64,000 nt of DNA from Nitrospirota bacterium (GTDB taxonomy: Bacteria; Nitrospirota; UBA9217). The stretch spans positions 96,001-160,000 of the forward strand of contig CAVVOB010000012.1 in the NCBI GenBank assembly GCA_963749655.1, written 5' to 3'. The notes under the pieces were generated by a model. The model was not told the origin of the DNA. It worked only from the letters and a program-made list of their open reading frames with translations, and did not search any database. Shown here in pieces: positions 41,270 through 50,298 of the stretch (its first letter is position 1; each line of letters begins with the position of its first letter). The position numbers were made by a program, and so were the translations under genes.

Positions 41270-41940
41270 CCAATACCCTGCACAGATTCGGCGCTCCGGA
41301 AACCCTCAAGGGTGATTATGTCGTTTTTGCCATGGCGGCCCGGGGAATCAACGACGAGGGCGCACCCGCCAAGCTCCGGGACTTTTTGCGACTGGCGCTG
41401 GAGCATGGCCCCATCAACGTGGGCAACGCGGTCAAGGGAGGGATTTACCGGCCCTCTCACCGACTCAGCCCTCTGGTCCACTGGCATCGCAGCGACGCAA
41501 TGGATCCGGAGGATGTCGTGAAGGGCATCGACTCATGCACCACGGTTGCGGCGGTGTTCGACCGACAGGACAGGCTTGTGGCCTTTCTCACGGAATTGCG
41601 GAAGGCCGATCTGGGGGTCTCAATCAATATCAGCGCCCTCACCGACGAGACGCGCGCCTGCTGCAAACAGGCCGGCATTACGCGCCACAGCGTGGGATAC
41701 TCCCTGGGGTTTTTTGGCGATCTGAATCTTCTGCCGGACCGCCATGTGCTTGAGCTCTCTACCATGTGCGGTCACGGGATGGTTTCACACAATTTCGCGG
41801 GAAAGATGATCGCTTTGGTGAAGGAAGGACGGCGTGATGCAAAAGAGGCTTCGGCATGCCTCGCGCGGTTCTGCACCTGCGGGGTGTTCAATCCGGCCCG
41901 GGCAGAGCGCATTATCGAGGAGGCGCGGGAGGGGAGATGA
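41266..41940 (+). CDS. Cys-rich hypothetical protein, translationally coupled to the Fe-S gene
   Basis: ATGA overlap; STMCGHGMVS and CTCGVFNP motifs. Confidence 0.8.
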   Translation: MTNTLHRFGAPETLKGDYVVFAMAARGINDEGAPAKLRDFLRLALEHGPINVGNAVKGGIYRPSHRLSPLVHWHRSDAMDPEDVVKGIDSCTTVAAVFDRQDRLVAFLTELRKADLGVSINISALTDETRACCKQAGITRHSVGYSLGFFGDLNLLPDRHVLELSTMCGHGMVSHNFAGKMIALVKEGRRDAKEASACLARFCTCGVFNPARAERIIEEAREGR

Positions 41941-42165
41941 GGAAACCTATTGTCCTGGAAAAAGCAGTTAACCACAGATGAACACTGATAAACACAGGTA
42001 AATCAGAAAATTAAATCAAAATTCTGAATCACCTATCAGGTGCGGCGCCGAAATGATGCATGTTCCTGATTTTGCTTTTCATCCGTGTTCATCTGTGGTT
42101 CTAACTGCCGTTTTCAGGATTATCTTCCCGCCTTCAATTCGGACTTGAACCAAAAAAGCCCCATG

Positions 42166-43683
42166 CTAATCCGTCTGCCTGCCCTCGTGCGGCCTGGTCC
42201 CGCGAACTTTTCTCCACCCAAGATCGATTGCCGGCCAGAACAGCATGAGGAGTCCGGAGATCATGATCCCGCTGACAAGCATGTTCGAAAAGAAAACGCT
42301 CATTGCGCCCTGGGACCCCAGTATGGCCTGACGGAACGAGACTTCGGCCCGGTCTCCAAGCACCAGGGCCAGCACCAGGGGCGCAAGGGGATAATCCAGC
42401 TTCTTAAAGACATAACCGACAACGCCGAATATCAGCATTGCCCAGATGTTGAACATGGCATTGTTCACGGAGTAGGCGCCGATCGCGCATACCACGACAA
42501 TCACCGGGGCAATAATGGAAAAGGGGATGCGAAGGATCGCCGCGAACAGCGGCACGGTCGTCAAAACGATAATAAGACCGACGACGTTCGACAGGTACAT
42601 GCTGGCGATCAGGCCCCAGACAAAGTCCTTTTGCTCGATGAACAGCAGCGGCCCCGGCTGCAGGCCCCAGATCATGAGGCCGCCCAGCAGCACCGCCGCG
42701 GTGGCCGAGCCGGGGATGCCCAGCGCCATCATCGGCAGCAGCGCCGCGCAGCCGGACCCGTGGGCGGCGGTCTCGGGCGCAAGCACGCCCTCCAGTTCCC
42801 CGGTGCCGAACTTGTCGCCGTTCTTTGAGAAACGCTTCGCAATGCCGTAACCCATGAAGGACGCGGCCGTGGCTCCGCCGGGCGTGATCCCCATCCATGC
42901 GCCGATGGCCGAGCTGCGGAGCAGCGTCAGCCAGTATGTCGGCAGTTTTTTCCATGTTTCCCAAACAACCTTCACGTTGATCCTGGCCTCTTTGCCTTCA
43001 AACCGGAGGCCCTCTTCCATGCTGAGCAAAATTTCCCCGAGACCGAAGAGTCCGATGACCGCGACCAGGAAGTCGACGCCCCGCAGCAGTTCGGACCAGC
43101 CGAACGTCAGGCGCAGCTGGCCGCTTACGCTGTCCATGCCGATCTGGGCCAGACCAAAGCCGATCATCAGGGATATCGTGGTTTTGAACGGGTCCTTGCC
43201 CGTGCCGATGAAACTGGCGAACGTGAGAAAATAGACGGCAAAAAATTCAGGCGGGCCGAATTTCAACGCGAACTTCGCCACCAGCGGCGCCAGAAAGGTG
43301 ATCAGCGCAATGGAGAAAAAGGCGCCGAAGAACGATCCGGTGAAGGACGCGGTGAGCGCTTCACCGGCCATGCCTTGCTGGGCGAGGGGGTAGCCGTCGA
43401 ACGTGGTGGCCACCGAATGCGACTCGCCGGGAATATTGAACAGGATCGAGGTGATGGCCCCCGCGAACAACGAGCCCCAGTAGATGCACGACAGCATGAC
43501 GATCGCGGACGTGGGATTCATCGTAAAGGTGAGCGGCAGGAGAATGGCGACGCCGTTCGGCCCACCCAGCCCCGGCAGCACGCCGACGATGATTCCCAAG
43601 GTAAGCCCGATCGCCATCATGCCGAGGTTATACCAGCTGAAGATGACCGCAAAGCCATGGAACAGATTAAACAGGTCCTCCAC
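42166..43683 (-). CDS. tctA: Tripartite tricarboxylate transporter permease TctA
   Basis: GVLPGLG, ILFNIPG, DGYPLA, APETAAH, LGIPGS and PGPLLF motifs. Confidence 0.92.
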   Translation of the reverse strand: MEDLFNLFHGFAVIFSWYNLGMMAIGLTLGIIVGVLPGLGGPNGVAILLPLTFTMNPTSAIVMLSCIYWGSLFAGAITSILFNIPGESHSVATTFDGYPLAQQGMAGEALTASFTGSFFGAFFSIALITFLAPLVAKFALKFGPPEFFAVYFLTFASFIGTGKDPFKTTISLMIGFGLAQIGMDSVSGQLRLTFGWSELLRGVDFLVAVIGLFGLGEILLSMEEGLRFEGKEARINVKVVWETWKKLPTYWLTLLRSSAIGAWMGITPGGATAASFMGYGIAKRFSKNGDKFGTGELEGVLAPETAAHGSGCAALLPMMALGIPGSATAAVLLGGLMIWGLQPGPLLFIEQKDFVWGLIASMYLSNVVGLIIVLTTVPLFAAILRIPFSIIAPVIVVVCAIGAYSVNNAMFNIWAMLIFGVVGYVFKKLDYPLAPLVLALVLGDRAEVSFRQAILGSQGAMSVFFSNMLVSGIMISGLLMLFWPAIDLGWRKVRGTRPHEGRQTD

Positions 43684-43724
43684 GCGACAATCCTCCAAAG
43701 CGGCGATGATTCAGTTTATACGGA

Positions 43725-44240
43725 TCAGCGGCCCAGCAGGGATTCCAGGGGCCCTTTGGGCAGCGAAACCCTGAACTGAATCTCAAACATCCAGAAAAGC
43801 GCCGCGCTTATGCCGACGCTGGTCAGGGTGATTTTAAGCCAGCTGAACTTGCCCATCGCCCGCATGAAACCGCCGATGAACACGGCGGAGGCGACATAAA
43901 TGCCGATGATTTGGGTGGCTCCGACATAGAGCGCGGTGGGTATCAGCACATAGAGCACCGTCTTGAAGCGGTCCCACGGCACGAAGAGCTTATCATTGCG
44001 GTGTTTGCCGAACAGCGTCCTGAGAAAAACAACGGCGCTCGAAATGCAGAGGATGGCCCCGGTGCGGAAAGGGAAATATCCCGACTCGGGCCCGTCAAAG
44101 GCCCAACCCATCCCGATTCTATAACCGTCTATCATCATCACCACGCCGGCGAGAAAAATGACGACCGCGGTGATCGCCTCAAGCGCGTGATACGTCACGC
44201 AGACGGAATGGGACCGGTCCGACGTTTGTTTTTGTTCCAT
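43725..44240 (-). CDS. tctB: TctB small membrane subunit
   Basis: GPESGYFP and FEIQFRVSLPKG motifs; lies between tctC and tctA. Confidence 0.88.
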   Translation of the reverse strand: MEQKQTSDRSHSVCVTYHALEAITAVVIFLAGVVMMIDGYRIGMGWAFDGPESGYFPFRTGAILCISSAVVFLRTLFGKHRNDKLFVPWDRFKTVLYVLIPTALYVGATQIIGIYVASAVFIGGFMRAMGKFSWLKITLTSVGISAALFWMFEIQFRVSLPKGPLESLLGR

Positions 44241-44535
44241 GCGCTCCCTCCCCTCCGTATTAACGAGGAAATGCCTCAGACCGATGAATCAAGACAAAGC
44301 GCAAAAGCAACTCGCGCAAAGCCGCAAAGGCGCGAAGTAAAGCTTCGCATCCAGGCTAAGTGATTTGCCTTTCTTTGCGTCTTGGCGACTTTGCGCGAAA
44401 ATTGGTTTTTGACCTGGCATTAAAAAACCTGACTTACAATTCAATCTCTCGGTTTGTAAAGCGTTTTAACAAAGCGCCGGTCCGGAAAACCGGGCCGCGG
44501 CGCCCGGATCTTCCGTGACCGGCGGTGATGCTGAA

Positions 44536-45552
44536 CTATTTCTTGGCTGCGAACCCGGCTTCGGTCATCAGCTTTACGTGTTTTGCCATGTCTTTTTTCA
44601 GAAAGTCCACGAACTCGTCTCCGGTGGCATAGTGACTTGTGAGCGCATTGTTCTCGGTGTATTCCGCCCACTCCGGTTTGGAAACCACCTGTTTCAGCAG
44701 GTTGGCATAGAACGCGGCCTGCTCGCTGGTGGTCCCGAGCGGCAGAAAGAAAGCGCGCAGCATCTGGTATTGCACGTCGATGCCCTGCGACTTGCAGGTA
44801 GGGATGTCGGACCATGCCAGGTCGGTGATCTTCTTCTTATAGTCCATGGTTTTATCGGAGAAAACGCACAGGGCGCGCGCCTGGCCGGCCCGCCACTGGG
44901 CGACGTTCTCGCTGGGGTTGTTGACATTGGAATCGATGTGCTTGCCGGCCAGCTGGGTGGACGCCTCTCCTCCGCTCTTGTAGGGGATGTAGATTATTTT
45001 CTTCCCGGCGATCTTTTCGAATGCGGCGGAGATAATCTGGTCTTCCCGTTTCGAGCCCGTGCCGCCCATCTTGAAGGCCCCGTCCGGCGCCGCCTTTATG
45101 GCGTTCATATAGTCCTTTGCGGTCTTATACGGCGTATCCGAGTGGACCCAAAGAATAAAATCATCCAAAGCGATCATTGCCACCGGGTTGTAGTTCTCCC
45201 AGCTAAGCGGCAGATTCTGCGCGATAGGCAGAGTGTAGATGAGCGAGAACGCCACCATGAGTTTGTGGGGATCGCCCTTTGCCTCTTTGACATCCATGGC
45301 GCCCTCGGCGCCGCTCGCGCCGCTCTTGTTCAGGACCAGAACGGGCTGTTTCATCAAATTGTACTTCATGATGATGCCCTGGATCGTGCGCGCCATCTGG
45401 TCAGACGCGCCGCCCGCGCCGGCGGGAACAATGAACTCGACGGGCTTGGCGGGCTCCCAGGCGGCGTAGGCGGGCGTTGCCGCCGCGCTGACTATTGCTG
45501 CTGCAGTGAGAAGCAGTAATGCATGCGATACTTTCTGTATCTGTTTCATCAT
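44536..45552 (-). CDS. tctC: TctC/Bug substrate-binding protein
   Basis: Signal peptide; PVEFIVPAGAGGASD, NKSGASG and YIPYKSGGE motifs. Confidence 0.92.
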   Translation of the reverse strand: MMKQIQKVSHALLLLTAAAIVSAAATPAYAAWEPAKPVEFIVPAGAGGASDQMARTIQGIIMKYNLMKQPVLVLNKSGASGAEGAMDVKEAKGDPHKLMVAFSLIYTLPIAQNLPLSWENYNPVAMIALDDFILWVHSDTPYKTAKDYMNAIKAAPDGAFKMGGTGSKREDQIISAAFEKIAGKKIIYIPYKSGGEASTQLAGKHIDSNVNNPSENVAQWRAGQARALCVFSDKTMDYKKKITDLAWSDIPTCKSQGIDVQYQMLRAFFLPLGTTSEQAAFYANLLKQVVSKPEWAEYTENNALTSHYATGDEFVDFLKKDMAKHVKLMTEAGFAAKK

Positions 45553-45840
45553 ACTTGCCTCCTTCGATTGGATTTGCGGCACTATCGTTTTTTCGCTCAG
45601 TTCAGCGACTATACAGCAAGCCAAATTCAAACTCAAGGATTTTTGCATTTATTAAAAAGGAACATCTTATGCAATACTTGAATTAAACGAAACTACTATT
45701 GGGGTCACTTCTCGATTCTTGATAAATGGCATATTTCATCAATAATTGCTACAGCTACTCATGCATGAAAACTGTTTAGGAGTAGGTGTGCAGCTCAAAA
45801 TAACTCTTTGCCCTCTGTTCTATGCTGCCTAACCCGCCTA

Positions 45841-45900
45841 CCTCAAAAATACCCTTCGTCGCCGTTGACATCATTGTAGATCAGGACTATATTCGTCTGG
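45841..45900 (+). promoter_or_regulatory. Promoter element P, copy 3
   Basis: aaaataccct...TTGACA (45865) - 17 nt - TATATT (45888) cgtctgg. Confidence 0.75.
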
Positions 45901-46097
45901 GACATTAGATCGGCATGACATAATCATTTCTAAACCAGATCATGAGTTTATGAAATCAGGTTTCTGTTTTATTGGCGTCATTGCAACCGCAGACATTGCA
46001 GAGGCATCTCTCAACGACCTTTTGAAAAGCCTTATGCAGCAGGGCTAAAAAATCGCATTTACTACGAATGATCGAGATTCTGCTCCAAAGGTGAAAT

Positions 46098-47033
46098 ATG
46101 AACACATACTGTGATTTTCATCTCCATTTGGGAGGAAGCATCTCTCGGGAGTTGGTGAGGCGGTTTGCCCAATCAGATAATGACCAGCACGCGCTTGATG
46201 CGCTGGCTGAGGCCGATGTGCTGAAGTTATTTAAGATCGTTCACCGTCTTGTGCAATCACCGGAGCGGATTGAAATCGCGACAGAAGATGTGATCGCCGC
46301 AAGTACAGCTGATTATTTGGAAATTCGGACCACTCCCCGGGAATTTTCTTCGGCGCGATCGTTTCGTCCCTATGGAGAAGCATTTGTATCGGCCTTACGA
46401 CGATATCCTGACAAGGCCAAGGGAATACTCAGCATTGATCGCTACAAACACGATCTCACCAGTGCGCGGAACATCATCACGCTTGCGCTGGAGTATCCCG
46501 ATTGTATTGTCGGTATTGATATTTCCGGTGTTAATCCCCCGGGGATTCGCACCTTGCAGGGAGACGACCTGGGCGTCTGCATTGAAACCATCCTGGACAG
46601 CCCGTTGGGATTGGCCATCCACGTGGGGGAATTGGAGAGTGAAAAGGATCAGCGCGACAACACCGCCGCGTTAACGGCGATTGATCGCTGGTTGCAGCGA
46701 CATCCCCTGACGACAGCTGCGGGAAAAATTCGACTTGGACACGCGATTTTTTTGTCAGAGGAGCATACCCGCATCATTCGCAAGCATCACCTGCCTATAG
46801 AAATATGCCCCACCTGTCACCGGTATCTTGGATGTTGGAGTAATGGTCAGGAGCATCCCGTTCAGGCAGTGTATCCTGAACACACTTCGCCTGTCGTACT
46901 CGGAACCGATAATGCGCTGAATTTTCCAACGAGTTTCCAGCGCGAGAAGGCGTTGTTTCTTGACGCCTTCCCCTATAATCCGGCAAAGGGATGGGGCTAT
47001 CGGTTTGGACAATCTCACTGCATTGTAGGCTAA
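46098..47033 (+). CDS. Adenosine deaminase-family amidohydrolase (ADAL/MAPDA-like motifs)
   Basis: HLHLGGSI, YLEIRTTPR, LSIDR, VGIDISG, IHVGE, RLGHA, EICPT and GTDN motifs. Confidence 0.85.
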   Translation: MNTYCDFHLHLGGSISRELVRRFAQSDNDQHALDALAEADVLKLFKIVHRLVQSPERIEIATEDVIAASTADYLEIRTTPREFSSARSFRPYGEAFVSALRRYPDKAKGILSIDRYKHDLTSARNIITLALEYPDCIVGIDISGVNPPGIRTLQGDDLGVCIETILDSPLGLAIHVGELESEKDQRDNTAALTAIDRWLQRHPLTTAAGKIRLGHAIFLSEEHTRIIRKHHLPIEICPTCHRYLGCWSNGQEHPVQAVYPEHTSPVVLGTDNALNFPTSFQREKALFLDAFPYNPAKGWGYRFGQSHCIVG

Positions 47034-47035
47034 AA

Positions 47036-47161
47036 GACATCTTAGTGCCCGGTCTTTAATGTTTGTCTTTCCTTTTTCTTCTGCATTTCACACCATCCCC
47101 GGCAGCAACAATTTTATTCTGCTGACGATCTTGCCGGAAACCATGAACATGTCGTCTCCGG
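47036..47161 (+). repeat. Repeat R2, copy c
   Basis: Begins 2 nt after the deaminase stop codon. Confidence 0.88.
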
Positions 47162-47245
47162 GCGACAACATCGGTCAGCACTGCGGGCGGCAGGTTGATG
47201 ATGCAGTACTGCCCCCTCCGGTCGCCCTTGTTCCCTTCCTCGTTG

Positions 47246-47299
47246 GCGGAACTTTTTGGAAACCGTTGTCAATTTTGTCACATACCCTAAAAATACCCC
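47246..47299. repeat. Short repeat H (tgtcaattttg..acataccctaaaaatacccc); second copy at 59951-60005
   Basis: Direct sequence match; the 59951 copy forms an imperfect hairpin. Confidence 0.75.
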
Positions 47300-47422
47300 T
47301 ACAGTATTTGGTTTTTTGTGCTTAAATGACGATAAGGGCATTTTGAATATGCGTATAGATTCGTAAATGCATTTTTGATCAGGCTGTATATGTATCTTGC
47401 ACTATATTTCTTGTTGAGACTC

Positions 47423-47503
47423 TTTCGATAAAGCCAAGCCCTTCGTGAGAAGGGGACGGAAAGCTACGGATCTTGAAAACTTGAGATTGCCGAGCTGCCG
47501 AAG
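47423..47503 (+). ncRNA. c-di-GMP-I (GEMM-I) riboswitch
   Basis: cgataaagccaagcccttc-gtga-gaaggg-GACGGAAAGC-tacggatct...agattgccgagctgccgaa fits the GEMM P1/P2(GNRA)/P3 layout. Confidence 0.85.
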
Positions 47504-47626
47504 GAAATCTGCAAGTATGTCCGGTCTTTTTTTGATAAAGTCAAGGCAACGGCATATATCCTGAAGTATTCTATCTTATTGTGAGATCGTACTACCCATT
47601 TTAAAAGGTCATAGAACAATGAAAGC

Positions 47627-48238
47627 GTGATCAGCACGCAATCGTGTATTACTGGTCAAGCTGTTCAGAAGGTGGTTGCTATGCTAGGCCAGAATAAGAA
47701 ACACGTTCTTGCAGGGGAAGTAAATGAAATCCTCAGCAGAAAGGGATATTCCGGGGTTTGCCATCCGCTGATTAATTTCGCCGATACCATCGAGAAAAAC
47801 GCCCATTTCGCAAACAACAAAGTGGTTGTCTACAAATGGCTTGCTTTTGTACTTCTATTGTTGATTCCACTATTGTCCACGTACGTGTCTGTCGTGGTCA
47901 ATATGAAAGACGACGATTTATTCAAGGATTCACTGCCTTACACAACAGGGCTCCTGACGATCATGACCGTGGTTAATTCAATCTACCGGCCCCGTACGAG
48001 GTTCACGAAGTCATGCATTCTGGGAATGACCATCGATAGTCTGGTGCAGAAGATACCAGCACCTCAAAGATCAAGGAAATTGGTTGGTTTCACCGATAAG
48101 GCCGGTCGTCGGCAGAGGGTAGAAGAAAACGGCCGGAATTTATACTATGACCAGGTTCACGAAGGAAGTACTCCGGAATGCACGACTCTCTATCTGTTCA
48201 ATGATCGGCAGCGAGTTACGGGAGCCTTAAGGAGGTAA
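47627..48238 (+). CDS. Two-TM SLATT/DUF4231-like membrane protein (start and C-terminus uncertain)
   Basis: A..N...YKWL, then TM1, TM2, then SIYRPRTRF; this arrangement is reminiscent of DUF4231/SLATT. Confidence 0.5.
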   Translation: MISTQSCITGQAVQKVVAMLGQNKKHVLAGEVNEILSRKGYSGVCHPLINFADTIEKNAHFANNKVVVYKWLAFVLLLLIPLLSTYVSVVVNMKDDDLFKDSLPYTTGLLTIMTVVNSIYRPRTRFTKSCILGMTIDSLVQKIPAPQRSRKLVGFTDKAGRRQRVEENGRNLYYDQVHEGSTPECTTLYLFNDRQRVTGALRR

Positions 48239-48243
48239 CGGAT

Positions 48244-49104
48244 ATGAAGATTATTGAAATCATTAAATCGACAGTCTTGGTAGTGTTTCTGATCGTGTTC
48301 CCGGTGCTAACGAGAACCGCAGTGGCCGATTCAGCACAAGATTGGGAGAAAGCTTTAAAAATCATAGGTGATTTTGCGGACCGCTTATGCAAGGATATCC
48401 CTTTGGAGGGCCAAGGCAACACTTTCGAATTAACTGGAGGTGCTAAAGCAGAATTGAGCGGAATCATAAGACAATTAGTAAATTTGGGAATAGAAGGAAC
48501 TGCCAAATACCAAAACACCGGATACACTAATGTGCTTCAAAAAGACCTAGCAAATACACTGAAAACCAGTACGGATTGCAGGTTGCAGGTATGGAAAGAT
48601 CTGAAAGGCAAGTTCGAACCTCCGAAACCTATAAAAACAGTGATCTTTGATCGTGAAACAGCACGTTTCGGAATAACACTTGGATGGCAACTGGCTCGTT
48701 ATGAGTTCACTTATGATTCTCCGTTTCCTGAGGTTCTTAACATAAGCCCTTCGATTAAGCAGGAAATAGAGCGGTTGCTGAAACAGGACCAGTTCCCTCA
48801 CACCGTCGAAGGATTGAGCTCGCAACAATTGATAGACACAGTGCTCCTGTATTATGGAACTTCCAACTTAAAAAAACATGCATCAGTTTTACTGGGCATT
48901 GCCGCAATGCGCGCATCACTTGTTGGAGCATCTAGCAATCAGCAACACAACGATGAGATGAAACAGCTTGCATATAGCGCTATTGAGGATATCGACGGAA
49001 GTTTACTCCGACGGAAAAAGGAACTATTTAACGAACTGATAAATACAAAACCAGGTAGTGTTGCTGCGGTCATGGATTTATTAAGCAAAATGAAGTTAAT
49101 ATAG
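48244..49104 (+). CDS. Hypothetical exported protein
   Basis: RBS AAGGAGG, signal peptide ending AVA, AT-rich. Confidence 0.75.
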   Translation: MKIIEIIKSTVLVVFLIVFPVLTRTAVADSAQDWEKALKIIGDFADRLCKDIPLEGQGNTFELTGGAKAELSGIIRQLVNLGIEGTAKYQNTGYTNVLQKDLANTLKTSTDCRLQVWKDLKGKFEPPKPIKTVIFDRETARFGITLGWQLARYEFTYDSPFPEVLNISPSIKQEIERLLKQDQFPHTVEGLSSQQLIDTVLLYYGTSNLKKHASVLLGIAAMRASLVGASSNQQHNDEMKQLAYSAIEDIDGSLLRRKKELFNELINTKPGSVAAVMDLLSKMKLI

Positions 49105-49273
49105 AGCAACTACTTGCAGTAAAATCGGTAGGTGCAGCGCAAAACTTGACACATCATGTAAAGCTACTGAATATGGAGAAGAGGCTGCGGCCTATTTACG
49201 TTCATCTGCAAGTTACAGCTTGATCTTCATCTCCCGGCTATCTGACTCTGAGAAAAGTCTGAGAAAAGTTGCA

Positions 49274-49557
49274 GGGGTAACCCTCTTAGGGAACATCTTA
49301 GTGCCCGTTAATGTTTGTCTCTCCTTTTTCTTCTGCATTTCACATCATCCCCGGCTGGAACAATTTCATTCCGCTGATGATCTTGCCGGAAACCATGAAC
49401 ACTCCGGTTGTATTGCTCGGTCTCAGGGTGTCCCCCGTTGTGCCTTAAGACATCAAAAACATTTCAGAACGCCCTCCGCTTTATGCCTACATAACTACGC
49501 GATTTTTTGAATAAAATATATTAGCTCCCTATTAATGAAATAAACTCCTTGACAAAA
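49274..49557 (+). repeat. Repeat R2, copy d (extended); ends in TTGACA upstream of tetR
   Basis: Homologous to 34559-34702 and 35828-36067. Confidence 0.88.
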
Positions 49558-49624
49558 GTACTATCCAGCGGTATTTTTACTTTACGGTGTTAACTAAAAT
49601 TAACCACGTTCGAGGAAACTGACA

Positions 49625-50233
49625 ATGGGTGTTACAGAAAAAAGAGCCAAGCACAAAGAGGAGTTTCGGAAGGAGATCCTGGATTCCGCCCGGGAACTTT
49701 TCATCAATGACGGGTACGAAAAATTTTCTTTGCGAAAACTTGCCGAGAAAATCGACTATTCTCCGACTACCATTTACCTCTATTTCAAGAGCAAGGACGA
49801 TCTGCTCTTCGCCATCTGCGAAGAGTTCTTCGGCCAGTTCTTTGCGCAATTGAACCGCATACGATCGGTTTCGCGGGACCCCATAGAGACGCTTCGTCAG
49901 GCCTTTCTCTATCTCCTGGAATTCGGGCTTCGGAACCCCAATCAATATAAAGTGATTTTTTTCACGAAGAGCGTTTACGGAACCCCGGAAGAGTTCGTCG
50001 GAAAAGAGACGATGGCCCGCAGCACTTATTTTGCATTCAAGGAGATGGTGCGGGATTGCATCAACGCGGGCCTGCTGCGGGAGCTTGATGAGGACGTGAT
50101 AACGCCTGCCCTGGCAATAGCATCCCACGGATTAGTGACCATGGTTCTCTACCGTCCCGAGTCTTTGAATGAAAAAAGCGACGTCATCGCCCGTTCACTG
50201 GTCGATGCATTGCTGCGGGGGTACCAGAAGTAA
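49625..50233 (+). CDS. TetR/AcrR-family regulator
   Basis: ILDSARELF...SLRKLAEKIDYSPTTIYLYFKSK helix-turn-helix. Confidence 0.93.
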   Translation: MGVTEKRAKHKEEFRKEILDSARELFINDGYEKFSLRKLAEKIDYSPTTIYLYFKSKDDLLFAICEEFFGQFFAQLNRIRSVSRDPIETLRQAFLYLLEFGLRNPNQYKVIFFTKSVYGTPEEFVGKETMARSTYFAFKEMVRDCINAGLLRELDEDVITPALAIASHGLVTMVLYRPESLNEKSDVIARSLVDALLRGYQK

Positions 50234-50298
50234 ATACAATAAAATATCACGCTATTCAGCAGATTCGAACCTGCATTATAAGGAGAGAGGATCCAGAT

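Noticed and set aside
45600-45640. sigma54 promoter upstream of tctC
   Set aside because: The GG/GC spacing does not fit TGGC-N7-TTGC.
49274-49292. GGGGT... motifs as Tn3-family inverted repeats
   Set aside because: Similarity to the reverse complement of ccctaaaaatacccc is short and gapped; no 38-bp IR, 5-bp target duplication or Tn3 transposase is seen.
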